Under the pieces are notes generated by a model. The model saw only the letters and a program-made list of their open reading frames with translations. It searched no databases and was not told the origin of the DNA. A stretch of DNA of 64,000 nt from an uncultured delta proteobacterium (GTDB lineage Bacteria; Myxococcota; Myxococcia; SLRQ01): positions 1,152,001 through 1,216,000 of the forward strand of contig CAVSGM010000001.1 of the NCBI GenBank assembly GCA_963727485.1. Direction: 5' to 3'. A program made the position numbers and the translations under genes. Shown here one piece after another: positions 28,781 through 38,691 of the stretch. Position 1 is the stretch's first letter. The number at the start of each line of letters is the position of its first letter.

Positions 28781-30994
28781 ATGGCAGCGAAAACCGTCGA
28801 AGGCGTCATCCACAAGCACCCCAACGGCTTCGGCTTCCTCGACACGGGGCGGAAGACCGACGAGGACATCTACCTCGCCCGGGAGGAGCTGGTCGACGTC
28901 ATGGACGGGGACCGGCTCAAGGTCGAGGTCGTCCGGCGCCGGGGGCGGACCGCGGGCCAGCTCCTGGAGGTGCTCGGGCGCGGGCGGCGGCTGCTCCTCG
29001 GGACCTACAACGCCCGCCGGGGCAAGACCTTCGTCATGCCCCAGGACGCGTCGATCTCCCGGGTGGAGGTGACGCTGGCCTGCGACCGCAAGCCCAAGGA
29101 CGGCGACCTGGTGAAGGTGCGGCTGCTGGTGTGGCCCTCGGGCAAGCACTACGCCGAGGGCGAGGTGGTGCAGGTGCTGGGGCGGCCCGGGGACCCGATG
29201 TACGAGGTGCTCTCGGTGGCGTTCGCCAAGGGCTTCGCCGACGACTTCCCCGAGGACGTGGAGGCCGAGGCGGCGGCGGTGCCCGGCCACGTGGGGATCG
29301 CCGACGCCGCCGGGCGCCGGGACCTGCGGGGCCTGCCCCTGGTGACCATCGACGGGAAGGACGCCCGGGACTTCGACGACGCGGTCTTCGCCGAGCGCAT
29401 CCCCGGGGGGGGCTTCAGGCTGGTGGTGGCCATCGCCGACGTGGCCCACTACGTGCGCGCGGGGACGCCCCTCGATCGCGAGGCGGTGGCGCGGTCGACC
29501 AGCGTCTACATGCCGAACCTGGTGCTCCCGATGCTCCCGGAGAAGCTGTCCAACGGGATCTGCTCGCTGGTCCCCGACGAGGACCGGCTGTGCATGGTCG
29601 CCGACATGACGCTCACCGAGGACGCCAAGACGGTGAACACCGAGATCTACGAGGCGGTGATGCGCAGCCACGCCCGCCTCACCTACGACGAGGTGGCGTC
29701 GATGATGGGCGAGAGCGACGAGCCGGTGCCCGCCGCCCACGCCTTCTGGCACGACAAGCACCTCGACGTGGCGGTCACCCTCTCCAAGAAGCTCAACGCC
29801 CGTCGCCGGGATCGCGGCTCCATCGACCTCGACCTCCCCGAGCCCTACGTGGTGCTCGACGAGACCCACCGGCCGGTGGAGATCCGGAAGCGGGCGCGCA
29901 AGTGGGCCCACCGGCTCATCGAGGAGTTCATGCTCGCCGCCAACGAGGCGGTGGCCTACTTCTTCGACGTCCACGGCCTGCCGACCATCTACCGGGTCCA
30001 CGACGAGCCGGACACCGACAAGCTGGGGACCTTCGCGGCGATGGCGCGGGCGCACGGGTTCGCCCTGTCCATCGGCGACGACGTGAACCCCAAGGTGATC
30101 GGGGACTTCCTCAAGCGGCTGGAGGGGAACCCCGCCGAGCGCGCGCTCTCGCACCTGCTCTTGCGGTCGATGCAGCAGGCGCTCTACAGCGCCGACAACA
30201 TCGGGCACTTCGGGCTGGGCGCGACCCACTACCTCCACTTCACCTCGCCCATCCGCCGGTACCCCGACCTCATGGTGCACCGGCTGCTCAAGCGGCACTT
30301 CGCCCGGGCCGGGCGGGTGATGCGCGGGGCCGAGCGGGAGAAGCTCGAGCGGGACCTGGACGCGGTGGCGCTCCAGGCGAGCCAGCGGGAGCGGGCGGCG
30401 ATGGCCGCCGAGCGCGAGGTCGACGACTACTTCGGGTGCCTCTACATGGAGGACAAGGTCGGGGAGACCTTCGAGGCGGCGGTGACCGGGGTGACCGACT
30501 TCGGGCTCTTCGTGGAGCTGACCGAGCACTTCGTCCAGGGGCTGGTGAAGGCCGAGCACCTGGGGGACGGGTGGCAGCTCGACGAGAAGACGCTGCGGCT
30601 GGTGTTCGGGGACGGGCGGTCGTTCACCATGGGGGACCGGCTGGAGGTGGTGTGCGCCTCGGTGAACCTCTCGCGGCGGCAGATCGACTTCGAGCCGGTG
30701 ACGCGGTTCGAGGGGCGCGAGCGCGCGGCGCCGGCGGGGGGCGCCGGGAAGCTCAAGGATCGGGTGGCGCAGGAGCTGGCGCGGCGGGGGACGCGGGGCG
30801 GCGGCGGGCGGTCCGGTGGCGCGGGGCGGAAGGCTGGGGGCGGCGGGGGCTCGGGCAGGAAGTCCGGCGGCGGCGGCGGGGGCAAGCGGTCCGGCGGGGG
30901 TGGGCGCTCCGGGGGGCCGGGCAAGAAGTCCGGCGGCGGGAAGTCCGGCGGCGGTCGGAAGTCCGGCGGCGGCAAGAAGACCGGGCGCCGGTAG
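28781..30994 (+). CDS. rnr: Ribonuclease R
   Basis: HPNGFGF, TIDGKDARDFDDA, HFTSPIRRYPDL, S1 domain and basic G/K/S-rich tail. Confidence 0.96.
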   Translation: MAAKTVEGVIHKHPNGFGFLDTGRKTDEDIYLAREELVDVMDGDRLKVEVVRRRGRTAGQLLEVLGRGRRLLLGTYNARRGKTFVMPQDASISRVEVTLACDRKPKDGDLVKVRLLVWPSGKHYAEGEVVQVLGRPGDPMYEVLSVAFAKGFADDFPEDVEAEAAAVPGHVGIADAAGRRDLRGLPLVTIDGKDARDFDDAVFAERIPGGGFRLVVAIADVAHYVRAGTPLDREAVARSTSVYMPNLVLPMLPEKLSNGICSLVPDEDRLCMVADMTLTEDAKTVNTEIYEAVMRSHARLTYDEVASMMGESDEPVPAAHAFWHDKHLDVAVTLSKKLNARRRDRGSIDLDLPEPYVVLDETHRPVEIRKRARKWAHRLIEEFMLAANEAVAYFFDVHGLPTIYRVHDEPDTDKLGTFAAMARAHGFALSIGDDVNPKVIGDFLKRLEGNPAERALSHLLLRSMQQALYSADNIGHFGLGATHYLHFTSPIRRYPDLMVHRLLKRHFARAGRVMRGAEREKLERDLDAVALQASQRERAAMAAEREVDDYFGCLYMEDKVGETFEAAVTGVTDFGLFVELTEHFVQGLVKAEHLGDGWQLDEKTLRLVFGDGRSFTMGDRLEVVCASVNLSRRQIDFEPVTRFEGRERAAPAGGAGKLKDRVAQELARRGTRGGGGRSGGAGRKAGGGGGSGRKSGGGGGGKRSGGGGRSGGPGKKSGGGKSGGGRKSGGGKKTGRR

Positions 30995-31045
30995 GGGGCG
31001 TGTCAGGGGGGTGTGCGATCGTGTGGGGCCTCACGGGGGAGGACC

Positions 31046-32269
31046 ATGATCGACACGGGCGTGGCGCCGGGGGATGGCGCCGAGGAGTGGCAGCAGGTGG
31101 ACCGGGCGCTGCGCCAGCTGGCGCGGAGCCGGGCCCAGCGGGACTTCGAGGAGGGGCGGTGGCTCCTGGCGGCCCGGCGCACCGAGGTGCACCGGCACCT
31201 GGGGTACGCGAGCCTCCCCGAGTACGTGGAGCGGGTGCTCGGCTACGACGCGCGCACCACCCATGACCGGCTGCGGGTGGCCGAGGCCCTGGAGGTCCTG
31301 CCGGCGACCTCGGCGGCGCTGGAGGCCGGGGCGCTGCTCTTCTCGGCGGTGCGCGAGCTGACCCGGGTGGCCACGGTGGAGACCGAGGGGGCGTGGCTCG
31401 AGGCGGCCCGGGGGCGGACGGCGCGGCAGGTCCAGGGGATGGTCTCCGGGCGGCGGCCCGGGGACCTGCCCGGGGACCCGGTCGATCCGGCGTGGGCCAC
31501 CCGGGTGGTGCGCCTGTCCCTGCGGCCCGAGGCCCTGGCCCTCTACCGGGAGGCGGTGGCGCGGCTGCGGCGGGAGGTGGACCCGAGGCTCTCCGAGGAG
31601 GAGGCGCTGGTGGAGATGGCGCGCCGGGTGCTGGGGGGGCCGGGCGACAGCGGGCGCGCGCCCTACCAGGTGGCGGTGACCCGGTGCGACGACTGCGAGC
31701 GCGTGTGGCAGCGCGCCCGGGGCGAGGCGGTGGAGGTGTCGGCCGAGGTCGCCGAGCGGGCCCGGTGCGACGGGCAGGAGGTGCCGGACGGGCCCGGCGG
31801 CGGGCGGCGGGCGCGGCAGGCGGTGCCGCCGGCGGTGCGCCGGGGGGTGGTGCGCCGGGACGGCGGGCGCTGCCGGGTGCCCGGGTGCCGGAACGCCACC
31901 TGGCTCGAGGTCCATCACCTCCGGCCGGTCTCCGAGGGCGGGACCAACGACCCGGACGGGCTGGTGCTCCTCTGCGGGGCGCACCACCGGCTGCAGCACC
32001 AGGGGTACCTGTGGGTCGAGGGGGAGACCACCGCCGAGGTGCGGTTCCTCCACGCCGACGGAACCCCCTACGAGCAGGTGGCCTCGCCGCCGGCGGTGGA
32101 GGCGGGCGCCGAGGCGTTCACCCGGCTGCGGCGGCTGGGGGTGGGGGAGCAGGCGGCGCGGCGGAGCATCCGGAAGGCCCGTGCCCACGTGGGCACCGGG
32201 GCGCCGGCGGAGGCGCTGGTCCGGTGGGCCCTGACCCGCGACGGGGTCACCCCATCTCGACCACCGTGA
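31046..32269 (+). CDS. HNH endonuclease (DUF222/REP13E12-like layout) with a C-terminal RuvA-domain-III-like module
   Basis: GGAGG RBS; RRDGGRCRVPGC..LEVHHL..GGTNDPDGLVLLCGAHH; C-terminal AFTRLRRLG..AARRSI..AEALVRWAL. Confidence 0.85.
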   Translation: MIDTGVAPGDGAEEWQQVDRALRQLARSRAQRDFEEGRWLLAARRTEVHRHLGYASLPEYVERVLGYDARTTHDRLRVAEALEVLPATSAALEAGALLFSAVRELTRVATVETEGAWLEAARGRTARQVQGMVSGRRPGDLPGDPVDPAWATRVVRLSLRPEALALYREAVARLRREVDPRLSEEEALVEMARRVLGGPGDSGRAPYQVAVTRCDDCERVWQRARGEAVEVSAEVAERARCDGQEVPDGPGGGRRARQAVPPAVRRGVVRRDGGRCRVPGCRNATWLEVHHLRPVSEGGTNDPDGLVLLCGAHHRLQHQGYLWVEGETTAEVRFLHADGTPYEQVASPPAVEAGAEAFTRLRRLGVGEQAARRSIRKARAHVGTGAPAEALVRWALTRDGVTPSRPP

Positions 32270-34652
32270 CGCCGTCGCCGCCCTCGTGGCGGTCACCGGG
32301 GCGGATGCTGCTGGCGTAGGGCGCACTCGCGAGGTAGTCGCGGACCGCCTGCTTGAGGGCGCCGGTGCCATGGCCGTGGATGACCACGGCGCGGAGGGCG
32401 CCCTCGGCGAAGAGGCGGTCGAGGCGGCGGGTGAGCTCGGCGAGGGCCTCGTCCACGCGCTGGCCGCGGAGGTCGATGGTCTCCGGGGGGGCCTCGTTGA
32501 CGGGGCCGCCGCGGGCGCGCTCGGCGTTGGCGAGCTTCTGTGCCTTGGGGGTGGCGATCCGGCGGGCGGGCTGGGCCTTGGGGGGGCGGCGCAGGGGGAC
32601 GAGGTGGTCCAGGGGGACCCGGGTCTTGAGGGCGCCGAGGGCGACCAGGGCGTCGTGGGCGCCGACCTCGAGGACCTCGGCGTCCTTGTCGCCGAGGGAG
32701 GGGACCCTGACGAAGCTGCCCGGCTGCAGGGTGCCGGTGCCGGTGGCCGGCGCCTCGGCCTCCTGTTGGCGGGCGACGGCGGCCCTGGCCGCCTTGGCCA
32801 TCTCCTCGAGCTGGCGGTCCACCTCCCCGGCCTGGCGCATCTTCGGCTTCGCCTGGAGCTCGGCGACGGTCTGCTTCACCTGGCGCCGGGCGGTCTCGAT
32901 GTCCTCCAGGAGGGTCTCCTGGGCCTGGGTCCGGAGGCTCCGGCGCTCGGCCTCGAGGTCGGCGCGGGCGGCCTCGACCCTGGCCTCCGCCTGCGCCAGC
33001 TCGGCCTGGGCCGCCCGGAGCCGGTCGGCCTCCCGGGCGGCCTCGGCCTGGGACGCGGCGAGGTCCCGGAGGGCGTTCGCCAGGGAGCCCTCGTCCCCGC
33101 TCAGATGCCTGCGGGCGGCCTCGACGACCTCCCCGGGGAGGCCGACCCTGCTGGCGACCTCCAGGGCGCTGGAGCCGGCGCTGGCGTGGAGCCGGAGCCG
33201 GTAGGTCGGGCTCATCCGCTCGGCGTCGAACCCCACCGCCGCCGCCAGGAACCGGTCGTCGGTCGCGGCCAGGGCCTTGAGGGCGGCGAGGTGGGTCGTG
33301 ACCAGCACCCGGGCGCCCCGGTCGAGCAGCGCCTCGAGGACCGCCACCGCCAGCGCCGCGCCCTCCCGGGGATCGGTGTCGGCGCAGATCTCGTCGACCA
33401 GGACCAGGGCCCCGTCGCCGGCGTCCTCGAGGACCCGTCGCAGCTCCTGGAGGTGTGCCGAGAAGCTCGAGAGGTCCCGCTCCAGGTCCTGCTCGTCGCC
33501 GACCACCGCCCGGATCACCGGGTAGAGCGGCACCACCGACCCGGGCTCCGCCGGCACCGGCAACCCGTGGCGCACCAGCAGGGCGCACAGCGCCACCGCC
33601 GTCACCGTCACCGTCTTCCCGCCGGCGTTGGGCCCGGACACCACCAGGCACCGCGCCGAGGCCTCGGGCGCCAGGTCGTTGGGGATCACCCGCTTCCCCT
33701 GGAGCACCAGGAGCGGGTGCCGCAGCCCCCGGAGGCTGAAGGCCCCGGCCGCCCACGGCACCTCCGGCGACGACGCGTCGAGGTCCCCGGCGAGGCGCGC
33801 CATGGCCTCCAGGAGGTCGAGGGCCCCGAGCGCCCGCAGATCGTCGAGGACCTTGTCGCCCGCGTCGCGCACCGCCCCGGTCAGCCCTTGGAGCACCCGG
33901 CGCGTCTCCTCGGCGACCTCGGCGGTGGCCAGCGCCAGCTCGTTGCCCGCCTCGACCAGCGCCGGCGGCTCCACGAACACCGTCTGCCCGGTGTTGGACA
34001 CGTTGTGGACGATGCCCCCGGCCTGGTACCGGAACGCCGCCTTCACCGGGAGCACGTACCGGTCGCCCCGCACCGTGAAGTACGCCTCCTGGAGCGCGTC
34101 CGCCCACTCCCGGGACTGCACCAGCGCTTCGGCCTGGCGCCGGAGCCGCTCGTGGAGCCCGCGCACCCGGGCCCGGGCCTCGGCGAGGGCCGGCGAGGCA
34201 GCGTCGGCCACCTCGCCGTCCGGTGCGATGGCGGTCTCGATACGCCGGGCCAGCTCGGAGAGCCCCCCGAGCTCCGGCCACCGCGCCCGGATCTCACCCA
34301 GGGCGTCGGGAAACCGCCCGAGGAGCCGCGCCGTCTCCGACGCCGCCCGGAGCACCGTCGCCACCTCCCGGAGGGCCGGCCCCTCCAGGAGCCCCTCCTT
34401 GCCCGCGTGGGTCACGTGGGGCCGGACGTCCGGCACCCCGGCCAGCGGCAGCGACTCCCCGAGCCGATGCAGCTCCCGCATCGCCGCGATGCGCCCCAGG
34501 CGCCCGAGGACCGCCTCCCGGTCGGGCAGGGGCGAGAGCCCCTCGGCGCCCTCCCGGCCCAGGGCCGTCCGGGTCCGGTCGGCGAGGGCGCGGAGGACGA
34601 GGGGCCAGCCGAGGCGGCGGCGGGTGTCGACGGGTGCAGGCTCGCGGGTCAT
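32247..34652 (-). CDS. mutS2: MutS2 endonuclease / ribosome collision factor with Smr domain
   Basis: RYVLPVK, GPNAGGKT, LSSFSAH, DEICADTDPREG, IDLRG..IHGHGTGAL..GGDGVTVV. Confidence 0.95.
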   Translation of the reverse strand: MTREPAPVDTRRRLGWPLVLRALADRTRTALGREGAEGLSPLPDREAVLGRLGRIAAMRELHRLGESLPLAGVPDVRPHVTHAGKEGLLEGPALREVATVLRAASETARLLGRFPDALGEIRARWPELGGLSELARRIETAIAPDGEVADAASPALAEARARVRGLHERLRRQAEALVQSREWADALQEAYFTVRGDRYVLPVKAAFRYQAGGIVHNVSNTGQTVFVEPPALVEAGNELALATAEVAEETRRVLQGLTGAVRDAGDKVLDDLRALGALDLLEAMARLAGDLDASSPEVPWAAGAFSLRGLRHPLLVLQGKRVIPNDLAPEASARCLVVSGPNAGGKTVTVTAVALCALLVRHGLPVPAEPGSVVPLYPVIRAVVGDEQDLERDLSSFSAHLQELRRVLEDAGDGALVLVDEICADTDPREGAALAVAVLEALLDRGARVLVTTHLAALKALAATDDRFLAAAVGFDAERMSPTYRLRLHASAGSSALEVASRVGLPGEVVEAARRHLSGDEGSLANALRDLAASQAEAAREADRLRAAQAELAQAEARVEAARADLEAERRSLRTQAQETLLEDIETARRQVKQTVAELQAKPKMRQAGEVDRQLEEMAKAARAAVARQQEAEAPATGTGTLQPGSFVRVPSLGDKDAEVLEVGAHDALVALGALKTRVPLDHLVPLRRPPKAQPARRIATPKAQKLANAERARGGPVNEAPPETIDLRGQRVDEALAELTRRLDRLFAEGALRAVVIHGHGTGALKQAVRDYLASAPYASSIRPGDRHEGGDGVTVVEMG

Positions 34653-34760
34653 GGCTCGGTCCGGGTTCGGGCTCCCCGAGGAGTACTACCGACGGCCCCC
34701 GGAGGCCACGCCCGGCCCGGGGCTGAAGCGCCACGGCCACCGGTGCTACCCTGCGGGCCC

Positions 34761-35495
34761 ATGCGCTACGCCGCCGGCACCGTCCTCCTCGTGGTCGCAC
34801 TCTCCGCCGCCCCCGCCCCCGCCGCGGCCGCCGGCCCGGACCCCCTGCACGCCCTCCGCGCCGGCGTCGCCGCCCGCGAGGCCGGGGACTGGGGCACCGC
34901 CCTCCAGGACTTCCAGGCCGCCGTGAAGGCCTCCCCCGGCTGGGGCCTCGCCAACCTCGAGCTGGCCTTCGCCATCCTCCGGACCGGCGGCTCCCTCGAC
35001 GCCGTGGCCCACCACCTCGACCTCGCCCGGAAGGCCGACCCGGACAACCCCCGGGTCCACTACCTCGCCGGCCTCCTCGCCGAGGCCCGACACCAACCCC
35101 AGGCCGCCGCCGCCGCCTACCAGCAGGCGGTGGCCCGCCGTCCGAGCCTGGTGGCCGCCCAGCTCCGCCTCGGCGCCGTCCTCCTCGACCTCGGCCGCCC
35201 CGCCGAGGCGATTCCCCACCTGGAGGCCGCTGCCCACGTGGGCGGTCGGGCGCTGGCCGCCCGGGCCAACCTCGCCGACGCCTACGAGAAGGTCGGCGAT
35301 CTCGAGAAGGCCGAGGTCGAGCTCAAGACCCTGGTGGCCCTCTTCCCCCACAACGCCTACCAGCTCACGCGGCTCGCGCGCTTCTACCAGCGCCACGGCC
35401 GCACCCGGGAGGCGAGGCGGGTCCTGCGCCGCGCCGACGCCGTCTCCGGCCGCCAGAAGCGCCACCTCCGGCCCCTGCCGAAGTCCCGGCGCTAG
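34761..35495 (+). CDS. Secreted TPR-repeat protein
   Basis: Signal peptide MRYAAGTVLLVVALSA; TPR helices such as DPDNPRVHYLAG. Confidence 0.85.
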   Translation: MRYAAGTVLLVVALSAAPAPAAAAGPDPLHALRAGVAAREAGDWGTALQDFQAAVKASPGWGLANLELAFAILRTGGSLDAVAHHLDLARKADPDNPRVHYLAGLLAEARHQPQAAAAAYQQAVARRPSLVAAQLRLGAVLLDLGRPAEAIPHLEAAAHVGGRALAARANLADAYEKVGDLEKAEVELKTLVALFPHNAYQLTRLARFYQRHGRTREARRVLRRADAVSGRQKRHLRPLPKSRR

Positions 35496-35524
35496 AGGCC
35501 CGCCGCCACCGCCTCGGACCCGGG

Positions 35525-35546
35525 GCGTCACACGCCTGTCACAGGG
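35525..35546 (+). promoter_or_regulatory. Pho box (PhoB site) upstream of pstS
   Basis: GCGTCAC-ACGC-CTGTCAC, an 11-bp direct repeat about 95 bp before the ATG. Confidence 0.8.
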
Positions 35547-35637
35547 CACCACTAACGTACGCGCCGCTATCGCAGCCGGCACGTCCCGTGATCCGTGGCG
35601 GATAGCGCACCCGACGCCTGATCCCGAGGAGACCGAG

Positions 35638-36771
35638 ATGGCGAGCCCGTCGATCCTGTCGCGCCCCGCTGGCCTGGCCGCCGCCCTGGCGATGGCCCTG
35701 ACCCTCACCGCCTGCCCCGCCAAGAGGGCCCAGGACCAGGCCTCGCAGAAGGCCCCGACCAAGGGCGCCGTGACCCTGATCTCGGGCGCCGGCGCCACCT
35801 TCCCGTACCCCATCTACGCCAAGTGGGCCGAGGCCTACGCCAAGAAGACCGGCGTCAAGCTCAACTACCAGAGCATCGGCTCCGGCGGCGGCATCAAGCA
35901 GATCGAGGCCAAGACCGTCGACTTCGGCGCCTCCGACGCCCCGCTCCAGCCCGACGACCTGAAGAAGAACGGCCTGGTCCAGTGGCCGATGATCATCGGC
36001 GGCGTGGTCCCGGTGGTGAACATCCCGGGCATCAAGCCCGGCGAGCTCAAGCTCCCGCCCGAGGTCCTCGCCGACATCTACCTCGGCGAGATCAAGAGCT
36101 GGGACGACCCCCGGATCGCCAAGGCCAACCCGGGCGTCAAGCTCCCCAGCCAGGCCATCAGCGTCGTCCACCGCGCCGACGGCTCGGGCACCACCTGGAT
36201 CTTCACCAACTACCTCCAGAAGGTGAGCCCCGCCTGGAAGACCAAGGTCGGCTTCGGCAAGGCCGTCAGCTGGCCGGTGGGCGTCGGCGGCAAGGGCAAC
36301 GAGGGCGTCGCGTCGTTCGTGAGCCGCATCAAGGGCTCCATCGGCTACGTGGAGTACGCCTACGCCCTGCAGAACAAGATGACCCACGTGAAGCTGCGCA
36401 ACCAGGCCGGCGAGTTCGTCGACCCCACCGCCGCCGCCTTCCAGGCCGCCGCCGCCAACGCCGACTGGGCCCACGCCCCGGGCTACTACCTGGTCCTCAC
36501 CGACCAGCCCGGGAAGACCACCTGGCCCATCAGCGGCGCCTCGTTCATCCTCATGCATGCCAAGCAGACCAAGCCCGAGGTGGCCAAGGCCGTCCTCGAC
36601 TTCTTCGCCTGGAGCTACGCCCACGGTGGCGACCTGGCCGAGAAGCTCGACTACGTGCCGATCCCCCAGAACGTGGTGAAGCTGGTGGAGACCACCTGGT
36701 CGGAGAAGCTCATGGGCCCCGACGGCAAGACCGTGTACCCGCAGGCCGCCGCCGCCCCCGCGCCCAGGTAG
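35638..36771 (+). CDS. pstS: Phosphate ABC transporter substrate-binding lipoprotein
   Basis: GAGATFPYP, NYQSIGSGGG, HRADGSGTT, GGKGNEGV. Confidence 0.97.
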   Translation: MASPSILSRPAGLAAALAMALTLTACPAKRAQDQASQKAPTKGAVTLISGAGATFPYPIYAKWAEAYAKKTGVKLNYQSIGSGGGIKQIEAKTVDFGASDAPLQPDDLKKNGLVQWPMIIGGVVPVVNIPGIKPGELKLPPEVLADIYLGEIKSWDDPRIAKANPGVKLPSQAISVVHRADGSGTTWIFTNYLQKVSPAWKTKVGFGKAVSWPVGVGGKGNEGVASFVSRIKGSIGYVEYAYALQNKMTHVKLRNQAGEFVDPTAAAFQAAAANADWAHAPGYYLVLTDQPGKTTWPISGASFILMHAKQTKPEVAKAVLDFFAWSYAHGGDLAEKLDYVPIPQNVVKLVETTWSEKLMGPDGKTVYPQAAAAPAPR

Positions 36772-36798
36772 CCAGAATCCACCGGCCGGCACCCTGCC

Positions 36799-37827
36799 AT
36801 GGCCGGTGAAGCCCGAACCGGAGACCCACCCGCGATGGAGCAGCCGCTTCCCTCCGACGCCAACGCCCGCCTCGACACCGGCGCGGCGGCGTTTCGGGCG
36901 CGTCGGGTGGCGGACGTGGTCTTCGAGTGGGTGACCCGGCTCTTCGCGCTGCTGGTCCTGCTCCTGGTCTTCGGGATCCTCGCCGCCCTCATCCAGGGGG
37001 CGCTGCCGACCATCCGCAAGTTCGGCCTGGGCTTCCTCACCAGCACCGCCTGGGACCCGGTCACCGACACCTACGGCGGCGCCGTGGCGATCTACGGCAC
37101 GCTGGTGACCTCGGCCATCGCCATGGTCATCGCCATCCCCGCGAGCTTCGGGATCGCCCTGTTCATCACCCAGCTCGCCCCCGCCTGGCTCAAGCGCCCG
37201 GTGGGCATCGCCGTCGAGCTCCTCGCCGCCATCCCCAGCATCATCTACGGCATGTGGGGTCTGTTCGTCTTCGCCCCCCTCTTCGCCGACCACCTCCAGC
37301 CCTGGCTCACCGACCACTTCGGGAAGGTCCCGGTCCTGGGGCACCTCTTCCAGGGCCCGCCCATGGGCATCGGGATGTTCACCGCCGGCCTGATCCTGGC
37401 GATCATGGTCATCCCCTTCGTCGCCTCGGTCATGCGCGACGTCTTCGAGATCGTCCCCCCGGTCCTCAAGGAGTCGGCGTTTGGCCTCGGCGCCACCACC
37501 TGGGAGGTGGTGTGGAAGGTGGTGCTGCCCTACACCAAGACCGGGGTCATCGGCGGGATCATGCTCGGCCTCGGCCGGGCCCTGGGCGAGACCATGGCGG
37601 TGACCTTCGTCATCGGCAACGCCCACCGCATCTCCACCAGCCTCTTCATGCCGGGGAACACCATCTCCTCGACCCTGGCCAACGAGTTCACCGAGGCGGT
37701 GGGCAAGATGTACACCTCGGCCCTCATCGAGCTCGGCCTCATCCTCTTCCTCATCACCTTCGTGGTGCTCGGCCTCGCCAAGCTCCTCCTCCTGCGCCTC
37801 CGGGCCCAGGAGGGCGCCGCGTCCTGA
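36799..37827 (+). CDS. pstC: Phosphate ABC permease PstC
   Basis: [15 protein letters not shown] and [10 protein letters not shown]. Confidence 0.96.
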   Translation: MAGEARTGDPPAMEQPLPSDANARLDTGAAAFRARRVADVVFEWVTRLFALLVLLLVFGILAALIQGALPTIRKFGLGFLTSTAWDPVTDTYGGAVAIYGTLVTSAIAMVIAIPASFGIALFITQLAPAWLKRPVGIAVELLAAIPSIIYGMWGLFVFAPLFADHLQPWLTDHFGKVPVLGHLFQGPPMGIGMFTAGLILAIMVIPFVASVMRDVFEIVPPVLKESAFGLGATTWEVVWKVVLPYTKTGVIGGIMLGLGRALGETMAVTFVIGNAHRISTSLFMPGNTISSTLANEFTEAVGKMYTSALIELGLILFLITFVVLGLAKLLLLRLRAQEGAAS

Positions 37828-37844
37828 AGCCAGCGAGCGAACCC

Positions 37845-38687
37845 GTGGACATCTACACCCGGCGACGCATCGTCAACTACTTCAACCTGACCATGTCGGC
37901 GCTGTGCACCGTGTTCGGGTTGACGTGGCTGGTGTGGCTGCTGTGGACCCTGGTGAGCAAGGGCCTCCCCTGGGTGAGCCTCTCGATCTTCACCCAGGTG
38001 ACCCCGCCCCCGGGCAGCGCCGGCGGCCTCGCCAACGCCATCGTCGGCAGCCTCCTGCTCACCGCGGTGGGCGTCGCCGTGGGCACGCCCATCGCCGTCC
38101 TCGCCGGCACCTACCTCTCCGAGTACGGCCGCGGCTCCCGCTTCGCGTCGGTGGTGCGCTTCGTCAACGACGTGCTCCTCTCGGCGCCGTCGATCCTCAT
38201 GGGCGTGTTCATCTACGGCCTGGTGGTCGTGCGCCTGGGGCACTTCTCGGGCTGGGCCGGCGGCCTGGCCCTGGCGATCATCGTCATCCCCCTGGTGGTC
38301 CGCACCACCGAGGACATGATGCGGCTGGTCCCCGACTCCCTGCGCGAGGCGGCGGCGGCCCTGGGCGCCCCGCGGTGGCGGGTCATCACCGCCATCGTCT
38401 ACCGCTCGGCCCGCGGCGGGATCCTCACCGGGATCCTCCTCGCCGTGGCCCGCATCTCCGGCGAGACCGCGCCCCTGCTCTTCACCGCCCTGAACAACCA
38501 GTTCTGGAGCACCGACATGAGCCACGCGATGGCCAACCTGCCGGTGGTCATCTTCCAGTTCGCGATGAGCCCCTACGAGGACTGGCACCACCTCGCCTGG
38601 GCCGGGGCGCTGCTCATCACCGTCTCCATCCTCGTCCTCAACATCGTCGCCCGGGTCGCCTTCCGGTCCGGCGGGACGGAGCACTAG
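37845..38687 (+). CDS. pstA: Phosphate ABC permease PstA
   Basis: GTG start; [32 protein letters not shown]. Confidence 0.95.
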   Translation: MDIYTRRRIVNYFNLTMSALCTVFGLTWLVWLLWTLVSKGLPWVSLSIFTQVTPPPGSAGGLANAIVGSLLLTAVGVAVGTPIAVLAGTYLSEYGRGSRFASVVRFVNDVLLSAPSILMGVFIYGLVVVRLGHFSGWAGGLALAIIVIPLVVRTTEDMMRLVPDSLREAAAALGAPRWRVITAIVYRSARGGILTGILLAVARISGETAPLLFTALNNQFWSTDMSHAMANLPVVIFQFAMSPYEDWHHLAWAGALLITVSILVLNIVARVAFRSGGTEH

Positions 38688-38691
38688 CACC

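Noticed and set aside
30790..30990. G-rich AAGTCCGGCGGCGG-like repeats
   Set aside because: They encode the basic disordered tail of RNase R; no unique spacers, so not a CRISPR array or mobile repeat.
33150..33300. Replication terminus at the skew flip
   Set aside because: No dif-like site is visible and the skew elsewhere in the window follows coding strand.
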